Positions 62,788 to 64,000 of a stretch of DNA of 64,000 bases are shown one piece after another. Position 1 is the stretch's first letter, and every line of letters starts with the position of its first letter. Made by a program: the position numbers and the translations under genes. The notes under the pieces were generated by a model that saw only the letters and a list, made by a program, of their open reading frames with translations, did not search any database and was not told the origin of the DNA. Origin of the DNA: a virus (lineage: Duplodnaviria > Caudoviricetes). The DNA lies in IMG/VR virus record IMGVR_UViG_3300031555_006395, positions 1 to 64,000 of that record; one strand, 5' to 3'.

Positions 62788-63187
62788 GGGTGACAAAATT
62801 AAACTAAAAGAGGATATTGATTCACGACTTACTCAGGGGATGGAATTCGAAGTTGTTGATATCAGCCCCAAAATGATGATTCGTTTTCGATCGGAGATTG
62901 GGTATGGTTTGATGAGTTATAGCGAGTTTGAAGAAAAGTTTGAAAAAATTCAACCTCCGAAGCGGATTTGGAGCAATTGGATTCAAAACTGGGATCCTAC
63001 TAATGGATTCTACGATTGGAAACACAACGGGAAAACCGTTAAAGTCAAATACAAAGATCAAATCGGCAAAGCCACTTGCCATAAAGATGACGAGTTTTCC
63101 ACTTCTAAAGGATGTAGATTGGCTCTTGCGAGAGCAAAGGTTAAAGCGGCTGAAGCTCATTTGCGAAATGTCAAAGCGGAGCTTTAA
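62771..63187 (+). CDS. Hypothetical phage protein
   Basis: KATCHKDDEFSTSKGCRLALARA motif. Confidence 0.7.
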   Translation: MPVLVKGDKIKLKEDIDSRLTQGMEFEVVDISPKMMIRFRSEIGYGLMSYSEFEEKFEKIQPPKRIWSNWIQNWDPTNGFYDWKHNGKTVKVKYKDQIGKATCHKDDEFSTSKGCRLALARAKVKAAEAHLRNVKAEL

Positions 63188-63190
63188 GCC

Positions 63191-63559
63191 ATGGTGATAA
63201 AATGGTTTCGCCGTCGTAGGCCCAATAAAATGTTGCCAGCTTTAAGAGTTCTAAATAAAGAAATAGAACGTGATCATAAAGTCGTTGTTAATGCTGAAAT
63301 ATATCCTAGAGAAAAGACCGGATTATGGTACAGCTTTTTTGTTAATTGTATAAAGTCAAATTCTTTAATATCGGAGCAAGATCTAGAGATTGACAATCAA
63401 TGCGTAATTAAAATACAAAAGTTTTTTGGATGCAATGAGACGATTGGCAAAAATATATACGAATATATTATCACACGTAATCGAATCCACACCGAAACAG
63501 ATAAAATCGTGGCAACAAATGAATTTCTAAATATATTTGAGGAGGGATCCAATGATTAA
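63191..63559 (+). CDS. Hypothetical protein
   Basis: Packed within the operon. Confidence 0.55.
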   Translation: MVIKWFRRRRPNKMLPALRVLNKEIERDHKVVVNAEIYPREKTGLWYSFFVNCIKSNSLISEQDLEIDNQCVIKIQKFFGCNETIGKNIYEYIITRNRIHTETDKIVATNEFLNIFEEGSND

Positions 63560-63740
63560 GTTATTAACCTTGATTGCTGTAATATCATCGATTGCTAATG
63601 CGAATGGATGGTTTATTGTTCCAAAATCAACAATCGGTTTTTGTTGGTGCCTCGTCATATTATATATTATAGTATATGGTTACGGCGCCGGAGCTTCTAT
63701 TGTAGAAAGAGCGTTTGAGAAAATCAATGTTAAATTCTGA
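63552..63740 (+). CDS. Small two-TM membrane protein
   Basis: GGAGGG site; hydrophobic helices. Confidence 0.6.
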   Translation: MIKLLTLIAVISSIANANGWFIVPKSTIGFCWCLVILYIIVYGYGAGASIVERAFEKINVKF

Positions 63741-63960
63741 TTATATTTGCTTAACTTGTGAAAAAGCATTTGATGTACCCCACTTTCGTTATCCACGCAT
63801 TTTAGAATGTCCATTTTGCGGTAGTGGGGATTACATCCCTTTATTGGTATGTGATTTATGTCAAAAGCCAATCCTTAACGACTTTATTGAGTTAAAAACG
63901 GGTGAAAAGGTGTGTGAAAATTGTTTTTCAAAGCAAAGAATCGACGATTTGCCTATCTGA
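63727..63960 (+). CDS. Small multi-zinc-finger protein
   Basis: CLTC, CPFC, CDLC, CENC. Confidence 0.65.
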   Translation: MLNSDYICLTCEKAFDVPHFRYPRILECPFCGSGDYIPLLVCDLCQKPILNDFIELKTGEKVCENCFSKQRIDDLPI

Positions 63961-64000
63961 TTCATCGAATAAAACCTGTATTTTGTTTAGAAAATATTGC

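Overview
A 64 kb segment of a large SPbeta/c-st-like temperate phage or prophage of a Firmicute, probably a gut Clostridia host (inferred from sigma-A promoters, AGGAGG ribosome sites and gene content). The left arm (1-33.7 kb, minus strand) holds a fibre/adhesin cluster with a 22-aa-repeat solenoid and a GT2 glycosyltransferase, a RuvC-like resolvase, tail/neck/capsid/portal/terminase genes, two intact tyrosine recombinases, three tRNAs, HU, a metallophosphoesterase, a beta-CASP nuclease, ClpP, a YonO-type RNA polymerase and a deaminase. The right arm (33.8-64 kb, plus strand) holds many small early genes, a phd/doc pair, a DUF262 protein, an ImmA/ImmR plus YopQ/MrpR-like lysogeny block, an orphan mazF, nine tRNAs interleaved with several unexplained structured non-coding stretches, a radical SAM enzyme, a kinase-phosphatase-ligase RNA repair enzyme and a PcfJ-like protein. 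The most notable unexplained signals are: (1) a TAAAA-N5/6-TTTT(A/G) palindrome at consecutive small-gene junctions, possibly a recombinase-driven cassette array; (2) apparent AUA starts for the RNA polymerase and portal in a genome carrying two tRNA-Ile(UAU); (3) a ~415-nt ornate RNA candidate, a tmRNA-TLD-like mini RNA and other folded RNAs in the tRNA array; (4) a phage-borne antitoxin-less MazF directly behind the MrpR-like repressor. All assignments come from reading motifs by eye; no database search or folding program was run.
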